Origin: Octopus sinensis
Taxonomy: Eukaryota
Length of the DNA stretch: 64,000 bases
NCBI RefSeq assembly: GCF_006345805.1
Contig: NC_042999.1
Coordinates: 80,538,001-80,602,000 of the forward strand
Direction of reading: 5' to 3'
This document shows, piece by piece, positions 1 through 10,660 of this stretch. Positions within the stretch are counted from its first letter, which is position 1. Each line of letters begins with the position of its first letter. Below the pieces are notes generated by a model that did no database searches, had not been told where the DNA came from, and saw only the letters and a list, made by a program, of their open reading frames with translations. Both the position numbers and the translations under genes were made by a program.

Positions 1-85
1 TATTTTTTATAAAATTATTTTAGCATTTTCTACCTTGACTTTTTTCCATATATATCAAATCGTGTCTTCCTTTTCAACCTTCTAC

Positions 86-89
<4 letters not shown>

Positions 90-153
<64 letters not shown>
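90..153. repeat. (AC)n(AT)n microsatellite
   Basis: Directly visible. Confidence 0.95.
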
Positions 154-157
<4 letters not shown>

Positions 158-300
158 TTTTAAAAGTCTTTGCAAAAATTACTTGATATAACTTTACAAA
201 CTATAGAAAGGTCCTTTTAGAAGATCTTTTTATAAAAAAAAAGCTCTAAATTCTTTATAATAACTACACTAACCTATAGATTAAGTACAAGGCTTCAAAA

Positions 301-400
301 TAAATGTCTTAGGGTGTATTTCTTCGACTAAACCCTTTAAGATGGTGCCCCGGCATGGCCGTAGTCAAATGATTGATGGAAGTAGAAGATAAAAGATAAC
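301..400 (+). mobile_element. SINE group 1, 3' fragment
   Basis: TTCGACTAAA...GGTGCCCCGGCATGGCCGTAGTCAAATGA matches the group-1 tail. Confidence 0.7.
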
Positions 401-489
401 AGATGTATATATAAAGTATGAAGTAAGCCTCTGTTTGTATGGCATTAAATCTATTATAACGCATCCATCAAAAAATTGCACATAGTCAT

Positions 490-870
490 GGCAGCGCCTC
501 AGGATTACACAATGTTTATTATTTCAACATCATGTGCGTAAATATAAAGATTATGGGACCTGTTAATTTCCTTCTACATAAAATTGGCCATTAGCAAAAC
601 AGTATTCCTCAAGATTCAGTCCAATAACAGTCAACGTTTGTCCTTAGGATTTATTGATTTATATGCCAAAGCATTGATATTCTGGGAATTGGCGATATAT
701 ATCTGGAAAAGGAACATCTGTTGTTATTCGTAGAATTCTCAGTATAAATGTATGCTTTGTTAGCTGCATTAAGTCACAATAAAACTCTGGATGACGTGTG
801 ATATAGGCTTTTCCCACATCGAACCTTTGCTAGTGCATAACTGCCCAGCAAACAAATACTATAATGATTG
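490..870 (-). mobile_element. Decayed Helitron PIF1-type helicase, C-terminal region
   Basis: Minus-strand translation across stops and frameshifts gives QLCTSKG..SHVIQSFIVT / LRILRITTDVPFPDIYRQFPEYQCFGI*INKS*GQTLTVIGLNLEEYCFANGQFYV / NLYIYAHDVEIINIV. This matches the Helitron RepHel helicase motifs KLCNGTR..., RxQFPVRLAFAMTINKSQGQT..., CFSHGQLYV. Confidence 0.8.
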
Positions 871-1107
871 TCTCCTGAACGTTGTGAATTTTGGTTAATT
901 TTCAGGAAATCAATGAAAATCGAAACCCCCTTAAATCATCCTTTTCTCAAAAAATTGTACATTAATGATTTTCATGTAGTTAGGTTGAGCAAAACCATTA
1001 TATTTTTATTTTCGCGGCAAGGGCTGATTGCGAATTTATCTGTGTATTTTCTTTCCATGAAACTAGACATCGTTTTAACTTGAGCAAGGTTACCTTCAGC
1101 AAAGTTA

Positions 1108-1506
1108 CTCTTTTACTTGTTTCAGTCATTTGACTGCGGCCATGCTGGAGCACCGCCTTTAGTCGAGCAAATCAACCCTGGGACTTATTCTTTGTAAGCC
1201 CAGTACTTATTATATCGGTCTCTTTTGCCGAATCGCTAAATGACGGGGACGTAAACACACCAGTATTGGTTGTCAAGCAATGCTAGGGGGACAAACACCG
1301 ACAAACACACACACGCATAAATATATATATATATACATATATACGACAGGCTTCTTTCAGTTTCCGTCTACCAGATCCACTCACAAGGCATTGGTCGGCC
1401 CGGGGCTATAGCAGAAGACACTTGCCCAAGATGCCACGCAGTGGGACTGAACCCGGAACCATGTGGTTGGTTAGCAAGCTACTTACCACACAGCCAATCC
1501 TGCGCC
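1108..1506 (-). mobile_element. Full-length tRNA-derived SINE, group 1 (octopus-type)
   Basis: Head GCAGGATTGGCTGTGTGGTAAGTAGCTTGCTAACCAACCACATGGTTCCGGGTTCAGTCCC with A/B-box-like motifs, an internal TA/TG microsatellite, and a 3' end ...GCATGGCCGCAGTCAAATGACTGAAACAAGTAAAAGAG. Near-identical to the copies at 21875 and 49606. Confidence 0.9.
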
Positions 1507-1879
1507 TATCAATATTTATGCCATATCTGAAGCAGATTGGATGACCCGCCATATTTTAATATGACGAAAATTCGGTAAAATGTCTGGATGTTTTAGATAT
1601 ACAATGTCTTATTGTTAGATAATTCTTTAGCAAGTTATGTACGAAACTTGTCTTTTTATAGTTAACGTATATTTCGACTTTGTTTATCTGAGAGATATGA
1701 AAACCTGAACTTTCCATTGAAAGGCGAGTTTATAGACGGAAGTATGTTGATGCGTAAAAATTATGCACTCTACCAGTAGTACCACCAAATCTTATGTCAA
1801 GCTAACCTTCAGCCGGCACACTCTGCACTCTTTGACTTCGTTATTTATTATTTATTATCTAGTGTGATAGTATCTCGAC

Positions 1880-2222
1880 TTCGTCGGTAACGAATGACCA
1901 TAGATGCATCTAAGAGGTTCCCCTCCGGGGTACCAGTCTAGGCGGAAAGTCGCCTCACAGGCGAACGCACAATCTAGAGTTATTTTTATGGAAGATCAGC
2001 TGTCGCCCATGGATACCAGATTCCCCTCTCCACGCCACCGATGTAATCCAAGAGAAAGGCCCAGACCGATACAGCTTGGCACCAGTGACGTCGCAGCTCA
2101 TTTCTACAGCTGAGTGAACTGGAGCAACGTGAAATAAAGTGTCTTGTTCAAGAACACAACACGCAGCTCGGTCCGCGAATGGAACTCACAACGTCACGAT
2201 CATAAGCTCGACACACTAATCA
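1880..2222 (-). mobile_element. tRNA-derived SINE, group 2
   Basis: Reverse complement gives head GCATGGCTCAGTGATTAG...GAGTTCCATTC and core TTGAACAAGACACTTTATTTCACGTTGCTCCAGTTCACTCAGCTG. The core is shared with 18905-19190. Confidence 0.75.
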
Positions 2223-2539
2223 CTGAGCCATGCATCTTCATAGTATGACACTACTCGATGTAATTTAAAAGTTTTTCAAAGAGGACCATATTAATATTGA
2301 TGAAAAATTGTGTAAACGTTGTGCTTCTTAGATGTTGTGCTTACTGTGAATTAGCTGATCACGTGAAGTAAATCAGTGGAATATTTTCCAGATTGTCGAC
2401 TGACTGTTGAACTTTGGAGTAATTTTAAAAGTAGAGAAGAGGAAAAGTGAAACAAAGCTTCATCGTTGCGTATTAATTGTCTTTGCTTGACATATCAGGA
2501 TATGGGTTCCCTCAGAGTAGATGTTTTATTATGCCAGGG

Positions 2540-3050
2540 AAAATATTCCAACGTTATAAGATGATATATTTGTAGAATATTTTACCAAATTTATTGAATA
2601 GAAGTAATCGAACTCAATAACTCGGTAGATAAAGATCCATCGGTTGTAAGTTTTGCGCTGCACAACTAATGATTTGTAACCGCCGTTCTTGAACATAAGA
2701 CAAGTATCCATGTTCATATAACTTGTTCTTCACAAATGGATCAGAAATTTCGTTGTACAATTGTTATATCATACGTAAGAGTTTTCTTATTGAAAGTATC
2801 ATAGTGACCATTAGCAGAATGCATTTTAACAATATTTAAGAACTTTGATCCCGTGGATGGGTCTGGACGCTCTGGAAAGAAGATGGAAATAATTTGGTAG
2901 AAATGAATATTATTTATAAAACAGATTGAAATGTATGTATGTGTCAAATCCTATTTCTTTCTTGTCTGTTAATGGAGAATTCGTTTGAGCAAGAAATACA
3001 TTTGGCCATACTCTTTATTTGGTTAAATGACAGTCTGTTGTTATATCATA
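2540..3050 (-). mobile_element. Decayed Helitron Rep (HUH endonuclease) region
   Basis: Minus strand gives HLTK*RV / RKK*DLTHTYISIC (compare EWQKRGLPHAHILIW), IISIFFPERPDPSTGSKFLNIVKMHSANG (compare IISAEIPDPxxDPxLxxIVxxHMVHG), PFVK..GYLSYVQERR and NGG...YNRWIFIY (compare DNRWIVPY). Orientation and order fit the helicase relic at 490-870. Confidence 0.65.
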
Positions 3051-3241
3051 ATCAGCAGCAATTCTACAATAACTACGTCTACTGCTGAAATGTTCATATA
3101 TGCTGGAAATTATTGCGGAAGAGAGAAAGGGAAAATGAAGTAGAAATTTAAAGAATCGTTGATAGTATAAGAGCAATGATTTAAAATAAAGAAAGTTTCT
3201 GAAAGTTCGCGCGCCCGAGTGAGAGAGAAGGAGTAGGAGAG

Positions 3242-3279
<38 letters not shown>

Positions 3280-3977
3280 TTAAGAGGAAAAAGTGGTCAT
3301 AAATAAAGAGAATAGTTAGAAATACAAAGATTTTAACGGAAGCAGGCAGTGGGTCTGAATAATAATATTTATTCCCTCCATCATTGTAGAGTGAACAGAT
3401 ATCAGCGAAAGTTACTTAACAAACGAAAAGGGGAAGATAAGATGGATATGCGCATAGACGAACATTCTTCAATAAATAATAGATTTACATATTCTAACCA
3501 AGGCTGTGTATATATGAAAGTGTAATTGGTTTCTTGAAAGAAATGGCAGTATTAGCTCGACAACATTTAATCTTGTTTTAGTATTTCATGAGCAACCGAT
3601 TAACTTCTGTAACTGTCAACAGAATACTGAGAACTCTTACAAATTATGGCTGCGTTAAATGGGCTATTTTTCTATGCTCTCCTCTATTACATAATACATT
3701 TTTGTTTCGAATTTTAGAATCACTGCATGTATACATGTGTTATTTATAATATCTTTGAGTTCAGTGAACGCTAATTACACAAAACAGTTTCACGGACTTC
3801 GAAGTTTTGACCAGCTAAACTATAATCGTACAATCCCATGTTGACTTAGCTGGCCGAAAGTGCGTATTCACTGTGAATGCTATTGTGGTTAAAGAATAAC
3901 TTTCTACTCTATCAACTGTATTGGGCATTCCTTCAGTTTAGTGTAAGACTACTTACATTACAGCATAAAAACAGTAA

Positions 3978-4028
3978 TATATATATATATATATATACAT
4001 ATATGTATGTATCTATCTATCTACCTAC

Positions 4029-4082
<54 letters not shown>

Positions 4083-4083
4083 G

Positions 4084-4139
<56 letters not shown>

Positions 4140-4165
4140 GATATATATATATATATATATATATA
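3978..4165. repeat. (AT)n/(ATCT)n compound microsatellite
   Basis: Directly visible; source of the YLSI-repeat pseudo-ORFs. Confidence 0.95.
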
Positions 4166-4328
4166 TGTATCACCACGATCGCGAAGGGACTCAGTCCGCT
4201 GCTTCCCGCCGAGGTAGCGTCTTCTCTTTCGATCTCTCGTCGCGACCCGTTCTCGTTGGGCTGGCAGGCGCGTGACGTCCGCAGGTATGTAAATAAACTG
4301 CACCCGTTGTCGAACGCTGAGAGTGACA
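4166..4328 (+). mobile_element. Possible short solo LTR (CpG-rich, about 163 bp)
   Basis: CpG-rich block starting TG(TA)TCAC and ending GTGACA, with AATAAA at 4292-4297. No clear TSD. Confidence 0.35.
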
Positions 4329-4444
4329 AATACCAGCCCCAAGTCAAATGCACACAGGCAGACACACACGCACACACACATACACACACTCACTCACACA
4401 CACACATATCCGTACATATGTACACGCACACACACATATATAGG

Positions 4445-4585
4445 TTCTGTAAATGAATTTCATTCACAAAGCATTAATGACTCAAAGCTTTGTTAGAAGG
4501 TAATTGCCGAACGTGCCACGCAGTAGGATTGTGCCCGAAGCCACGTGGTTATAAAGTGTGCCTATTAATCACAGAGTTACGTGCG
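4445..4585 (-). mobile_element. SINE group 1, degenerate 5' fragment
   Basis: TTCACAAAGC...GTGCCACGCAGTAGGATTG...CCACGTGGTT is similar to the group-1 head in reverse. Confidence 0.55.
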
Positions 4586-5835
4586 TACCTATATGTATAT
4601 TGATAATATTCCATGTGCCTGTGTAAAAATATATCTATATCCGTATATCTTCATCTGTTTGTTAATGGGTGTGTATGAGTGTGATTTTTTGGAAACGGAA
4701 TCTAGGCTACGTCCTGATTGTAGCCTAGATGTTTCGGGGAAAAATGAAATTGCTGAAACGGAATTTAGATTTTTAAACAGAAATTCTAAAGCCAATAGTA
4801 TTTATATATATTTTATTGTGGTTTGTGTCCTTTAAATATCTTCTCAATTGGAATCTCAATACAATCAGGTTTTTACTTACTTTATATTTCGGACGATTAA
4901 ATTAAAGAATGCATTGCGGCGAAAGACATACATACGCGTAATTGAGTATATACATTCATGCAAAACTTTGGTTTATGTCTCTACTATAGTAATCAATCAG
5001 TTTTTACATTGGGGTCCGATCTTCAAAACGACCGATGAACGATTAACTTTTCTATGTTGATGTAGTAACTTTCATGTATTTTTCAGAAACATTCATTTCT
5101 TGAATTAAAGCGAAAACGGCAAGTTGATTTTTACGTTGTCACATATTTCCCCAACGATTTACATTATGTTCTAATGTATGGGTGCATAAATAACTGTCGA
5201 TGCAGTTTTTTTTTTAATTTCTTACCTCTCACGTATCCAATGTAATTATTAGAACCATAATGTGAATAGTTTTCATGTTCGAAAGTTATATATTTGAATT
5301 ATATTTCAATATAACAATCGTCATTTCAAATTTATTCAAATATAATATTTAAAAAATGAGGAATATCTTTTATGTGTCTTTAAAAAAAATTCGGAAATAA
5401 TTTGTTTCGTTTATTATTATTTACACAAGTTGATGATTATGTTTAATGTATTTATCTTAAAGTTAAATTAGCCTTAATAATATATTACCATTCTAAGAAA
5501 ATTAAATTCGTGAAGAGTGTACAATGATTGTTTTACAGATTTTGTGGTTGTAGTGTTTATGCTTCGTGGTATTGATAACGAATGAAATGTTATAATAAAA
5601 TGAAATTTAAAATTATTTGTAGACAGCAAAGTCTACAATTACGCAATTAAAAGAAAAATCAATTGAAACTGATAATTTGAAGAAGAATAAATAAAGAATA
5701 ACATAAAGCAAATTAAGTAATTAGGCAAAATCGAATAAAATATGCGTGACACTCAGTACAATAGTTAAACAACAATGAAATAGTCACCAATTCTATGATA
5801 TCAATTTCATATTAACAATGCAAAAGTGAAATATA

Positions 5836-6410
5836 CACAGACATGCAGGAAGTAAATAGACACCTTCAATTTTCGAAATCTTTTATTTGATATTAACTGC
5901 GTGAACGAGAGGTTTTCTTCTAGCTGCTCGTCCATATGACCCAAGCTTATGTAGATATGTAACACTCGTTTTTCGACTAACTTCTAGCTGTTTTGCAATG
6001 TCAGAAGCCTTCGAACGGGGGTTTGTTTCCCACAATTCTCTTCAAACAGCAAAGCTTCCATTCCGAGGGCCCAGGTCGGCTGGGACGAGAATCTGTTGAT
6101 TTGTTTCCTTGTCTTTTGAATTGCACTATAATTCTATTAACAGTAGCAAAAGGAATTTGAAGATTTTCGCCAATGTTTCACTGGCTCAGCCTCAGATTGC
6201 CCAACAATACGACCTCTTTCGAAATCTGACAGTTCTGCTGATTTTTGTGTGCGTGGCATGGTTGCTCTTGGGAAACGTTTAATATAATGGCACCTGGAAT
6301 GAAAAAAGAATAATTACATTGTAAATTATACACCGCTGAAAACATATTAAGAGGCTTAGATCAGAAATTTAGAAAATTAAAAGTGTCTATTTATTTCCTG
6401 CATGTCAGTG
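5836..6410 (-). mobile_element. Internally deleted Tc1-family element with both TIRs and TA TSD
   Basis: TIRs of about 44 bp (CACAGACATGCAGGAAGTAAATAGACACC... and CACTGACATGCAGGAAATAAATAGACAC...), with TA on both flanks. ATG at 6259 gives MPRTQKSAELSDFERGRIVGQSEA/(frameshift)NIGENLQIPFATVNRIIVQFKRQG...YGRAARRKPL. The DDE domain is absent. Confidence 0.9.
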
Positions 6411-7854
6411 TATATACAATATCTTATTGCCATGAATCAGATTCTGTATTCGCCGCAGACCGAAGCGTTTGGTGGGCTTTTATTCCCGGTGTCTACGATT
6501 TCCCATTGTCTGATATCGTATAAAATGTAACTGTTTTAATATTCCATTTGTTTTTAATGTCTCTTATATCGTTATCCTCATTATATAATGCGTTGAGAGT
6601 TAAAGGTGTGTTCATACCGAAGCTGGTCCGCCGGTTAAACCAATTTATCTCACGTAAATCAAAACAGAATGAATGGTAAAAAATATTACATTTACATTAT
6701 AGTCCACAGGAACACTAAATTGATAGGCAATATTGCTTGTGATTTCTGTTTGTATAGAGTATTTTTTTGAAATCATTTTGGTCGGGCCTCTTCCCCAAAG
6801 AGACGTGCTACTTAAACATCTGTCTGACAAACAGTGACCATAACTGTTCATCGTCAGAGAATTGCTGGAGATATTGCATCCTGAGTACATGTCTGCGCAT
6901 CATGACTCACGGTATGTTAGACCCTCTACCCAGAGGGTGTTGACAACAAATGGAATAATTACATGGTGAAACGTGTTTCCCTACCACAGAAATTAGAAGA
7001 GAAAACGATCTAGCCCCATCAAATGTGAACGGGACATAGTCCAACATTCAGCTGGTAATATAGACGGAGGGGATCTAAACCATCACCACCTCTTCCTTAC
7101 ATTCAAGACATACATTTCCAGGTAGTGTGATTACATTAGTAAATATTTGGTAGTGAAATTCCTTTTTTTCTACTGATCTACACGTATACATTTATATATG
7201 AGAATTCGTTGATCTTGCAAGGGATTGTGGAATTGTCAAGCTTAAGCTGAAACAAAGAAATTAATCTCATATGTCTCTCATCTAAAATCTGCACATACTG
7301 AATTCTCTTTGAAAGGGAATACTAGGTGTTTATAATTCTGATACTATGCAACTTCTCTCCCGAAACAGTATATGCGTGACAGACACTCTTAAAATCAACT
7401 ATATTTTAAGGTCTGATGAGAATGGTAGTAGGGAAAAAAATTCATTTATTAATGAATTGACAGATTGTTTGCATCGTTACGTGTACGAACCAATGTGTAT
7501 AGTGATGAAATACATTCTCAAGCCGTTCAATGTGATTGTAAAATGGATGTAGATTTCTACCATTGTCTTCATGTTTTTCGTCTGACCGTTATTATATTCT
7601 GAGAGAAATGCAACAACCGATTAACTGGTGAATCCTCGGGATTTACAACTTGTATGGAACGTCCTATGGATATACTATTTATGGATCACGCTTTTACTCA
7701 CTTGACAATCTGTTAATTTGGTTTTCCGCCTGGTGACTAAGGTATTCTCATGAACTAATTGAAGTATATTTATGGATAAATCGCTACTTTCTGTCAACTA
7801 TACATATATTTTTTTTATCATTTATCGATTACATTTTTCATTCGTTGTACTGCA

Positions 7855-8165
7855 GCTATACTACTGCATCGCTTGGACGGTTTAGTTGACGAAATATATC
7901 TCAGTACATATTTGTTCATGTTTATTTATACATGTTATTTCTATCTTTTGCCGAATAGCTAGGTTAAAGAAACGTAAACAAAGCAACACCGGTTGTCAAG
8001 TAGTGTGGCAAAAGACTAAAAGACAGTGAGACCCACGCACACGCGCGCACACTCACACAGTCGCACACATATGCATGCATACGACGGGCCTGCGCACGGT
8101 GCCACAACGTGAGACTGGACTCGAAATCCCATAACTACAAAGCAACGCCTTAATCACACAGGCAT
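7855..8165 (-). mobile_element. SINE group 1, degenerate
   Basis: CTTTTGCCGAATAGCTAGG...CACCGGTTGTCAAG...TACGACGGGC...GGTGCCACAACGTGAGACTGGACTCG resembles group 1. Confidence 0.6.
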
Positions 8166-8686
8166 GATATGATTAATAGTCATAATGAACTTTTGTTTTG
8201 CTGTCCACATATATACAGTAAAATATTTTTAGGGTTTCCAAACAAAATCTTTAAAGTTTTGAATACTTGGATACAAACAGATAAATGCAATAATTTAATT
8301 AGTTACTAATAATTATATTTTCACCAGTAAGCCACACACATTTTGATATTATCAGAAATACTCTCCTATCTAACCTGTATTTGAGTTAATTAGCTCGACA
8401 ATTGGGTAACATTTTACGGATTCTCCTTTCTTACTTCTTATCTACTCACTAAATAGTATCATAGCGACTTCATTTCTATTTAACATTTTATCCTATCAGC
8501 CGATTCTATATTCTAAGTGTCTATATCTATCAAATCTAACGTAATTTAATTTGACACTTCTTTTCAATATGCTTTATGGAATAGAATTCTATTTACCAAC
8601 TGTGAGCAAGAAATTCTCAAATATTCTTGAAAGTCAAATTTTTTATATCATGTCTTCTACACATTCTCCTTTGTAACAGACAGGTT

Positions 8687-8688
<2 letters not shown>

Positions 8689-8717
<29 letters not shown>

Positions 8718-8770
8718 GTGTGTGTGTGTGGTGTGTGTGTACATACATACATATATATATATGTATGTAT

Positions 8771-8803
<33 letters not shown>

Positions 8804-8840
8804 ACACACACACACACTCACACATATATATGTATATACA
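8689..8840. repeat. AT/GT/AC compound microsatellite
   Basis: Directly visible. Confidence 0.9.
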
Positions 8841-9028
8841 TGGAAAAAAGTCAAGATAGAAAATGCTAAAATAATTTTATTAAAAACATTTCAGTGCCGT
8901 TTTCAGTCATTGAGACTGTTAGTATGGAAACCAATTAAATTTTGGAAACATTAAAAGAAAAGTTTTTTTAAAGAATATTTGCATAGTGTTCAAATACAAG
9001 CGGTACTTTCCTTGCTTCTGCTGTATAT

Positions 9029-9076
<48 letters not shown>

Positions 9077-9763
9077 ATTTAAAGCAGCAGAAAATTCAAC
9101 AAAATCTGTATATATATATACATTAATTAGTTTATATGTAATTGTTTATGTTTTCTCTCACGAACTTAACTTCACAAACGTCCATTAACTACAATATTGC
9201 CCAAGATCATGAATTAGTCATAGGATAATAACAAATGGGAGGACATCCGAAAACTCTACTATCAACTACACCGTTCCACTAATTCTGACTGTCTCTAGCT
9301 TCCTCAGCATTCGACAAATAATTTAAAGGCTTTGAGGAGAATGGTTTGAAAGATGACTGTTCCACAAATCGCTTGTTTAATTAATCAAATAATTGATCGA
9401 TTAAGCATGCAAACTACAGTAATTAATGAGTACAGGTCTACGAGTAGTTGCAAACATATGTAAGCAAATAAACTATCATATGAAGAAAACCTTTCATTCT
9501 TTATTTGATTACTCTGTATGTGTGCGTGTGTGTTTACTGTCTGTGTGTTTTTGTGTGTGCGTGTGCATGTGTTTGTGTATGTATGTGTATGTGTGTGCGC
9601 GCGTATGTGTATTTCAGTTTTCCTTGGTCACCGAACGTCTAGATTGTCTAATGTAGTCTGGTTGGGTACGAGAAATTCGCGTAATGCATAAGATGTATTT
9701 ACTAAGATTATGCCGATAGACACTTGGAGGAGAGCAAGTCAATGACACACAAACACACACACA

Positions 9764-9794
<31 letters not shown>

Positions 9795-10244
9795 AATACA
9801 CACACACGCACACTCACATACCCTCATGTATTAGAAGTTTAAAAACGCAAGACATATGGTTGATATAAATTTCATTGAAAATTTAGTGAATACGTGATAT
9901 TCATGAAATAAAGTTCTCTTCTGAGTATTACACTGACTATTACAATAACTCTGTATCGAAGAAGAAGAAGAAAGAAAGAGAAATGATATATAATTTCGAC
10001 AAAATAAAGTAAAATATAGTTCGATTATTCTTTCAGCTTTTTTTCCTTTTCTCTTAGAGGTAGAAGTCGAATGCGAGACGTATCGTTCTAAAAGTCTTTG
10101 TTTCATCCATCACATCGCTGTTAATCCTCAAGCCAGTTTTGTACTGCCACTTACCGCACTCACATATTCGTCGATTTCAGCTTTCCCTCTACCTTTCAGG
10201 AGAAAGATAGACACTTTTACGTCTATCTTTCTCCTGAAATCCTT

Positions 10245-10660
10245 TCTTGTCGGTTCCTTTTGCGCTGTGACCTCTCACCCAAAATAATTCTTCTTTTCAG
10301 CTAATGTTTAACTACTCCTCTGTATAGTATTGCATTCTTCTGATTTTCCTTTTAATCTTCTGACTCACCTCTTCCATTTTCTGCTGACATATACTATAGT
10401 TGGTAAGACATACATTTAATAAACCTTCAGCCATGGGTATCTTGGCTGCTGCACAGTGTTAAATATTTCTAAGGCTTTCGATTTTTCCATTTATATCTCT
10501 TAAAATGAGGCATCTGAGAAACCTTGTGATCCACTGGTCCAAGGCAATTTTCATACACTTTGTAGTCTATGTAGCGAAGATAGTATTCATTTCCCGATTA
10601 ATTGCATGTAGATCCCAAATATCTATAACTCATAATCCACTAGAATGAAAGATCCATATG
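10245..10660 (-). mobile_element. Decayed RTE-like LINE RT, C-terminal region
   Basis: SYRYLGSTCN*SG and LKVY*MYVLPTIVYVSRKW (compare F.YLGS and KVYxxxVxPxxLYGxExW). Confidence 0.55.

Noticed and set aside
2775-2871. Host-gene exon RPDPSTGSKFLNIVKMHSANGHYDTFNKKTL (initially resembled an OTU- or glycosyltransferase-like segment)
   Set aside because: The flanking frames continue with Helitron Rep motifs, so it is better explained as TE relic.
6770-7130. Possible Gypsy integrase relic (ILVGPLPQ)
   Set aside because: Only one short motif; too decayed to support.
10369-10434. First-exon-like MAEGLLNVCLTNYSICQQKMEE|gtgagt on the minus strand
   Set aside because: An alternative frame of the same bases matches the RTE motif KVY..VLP..Y..W.
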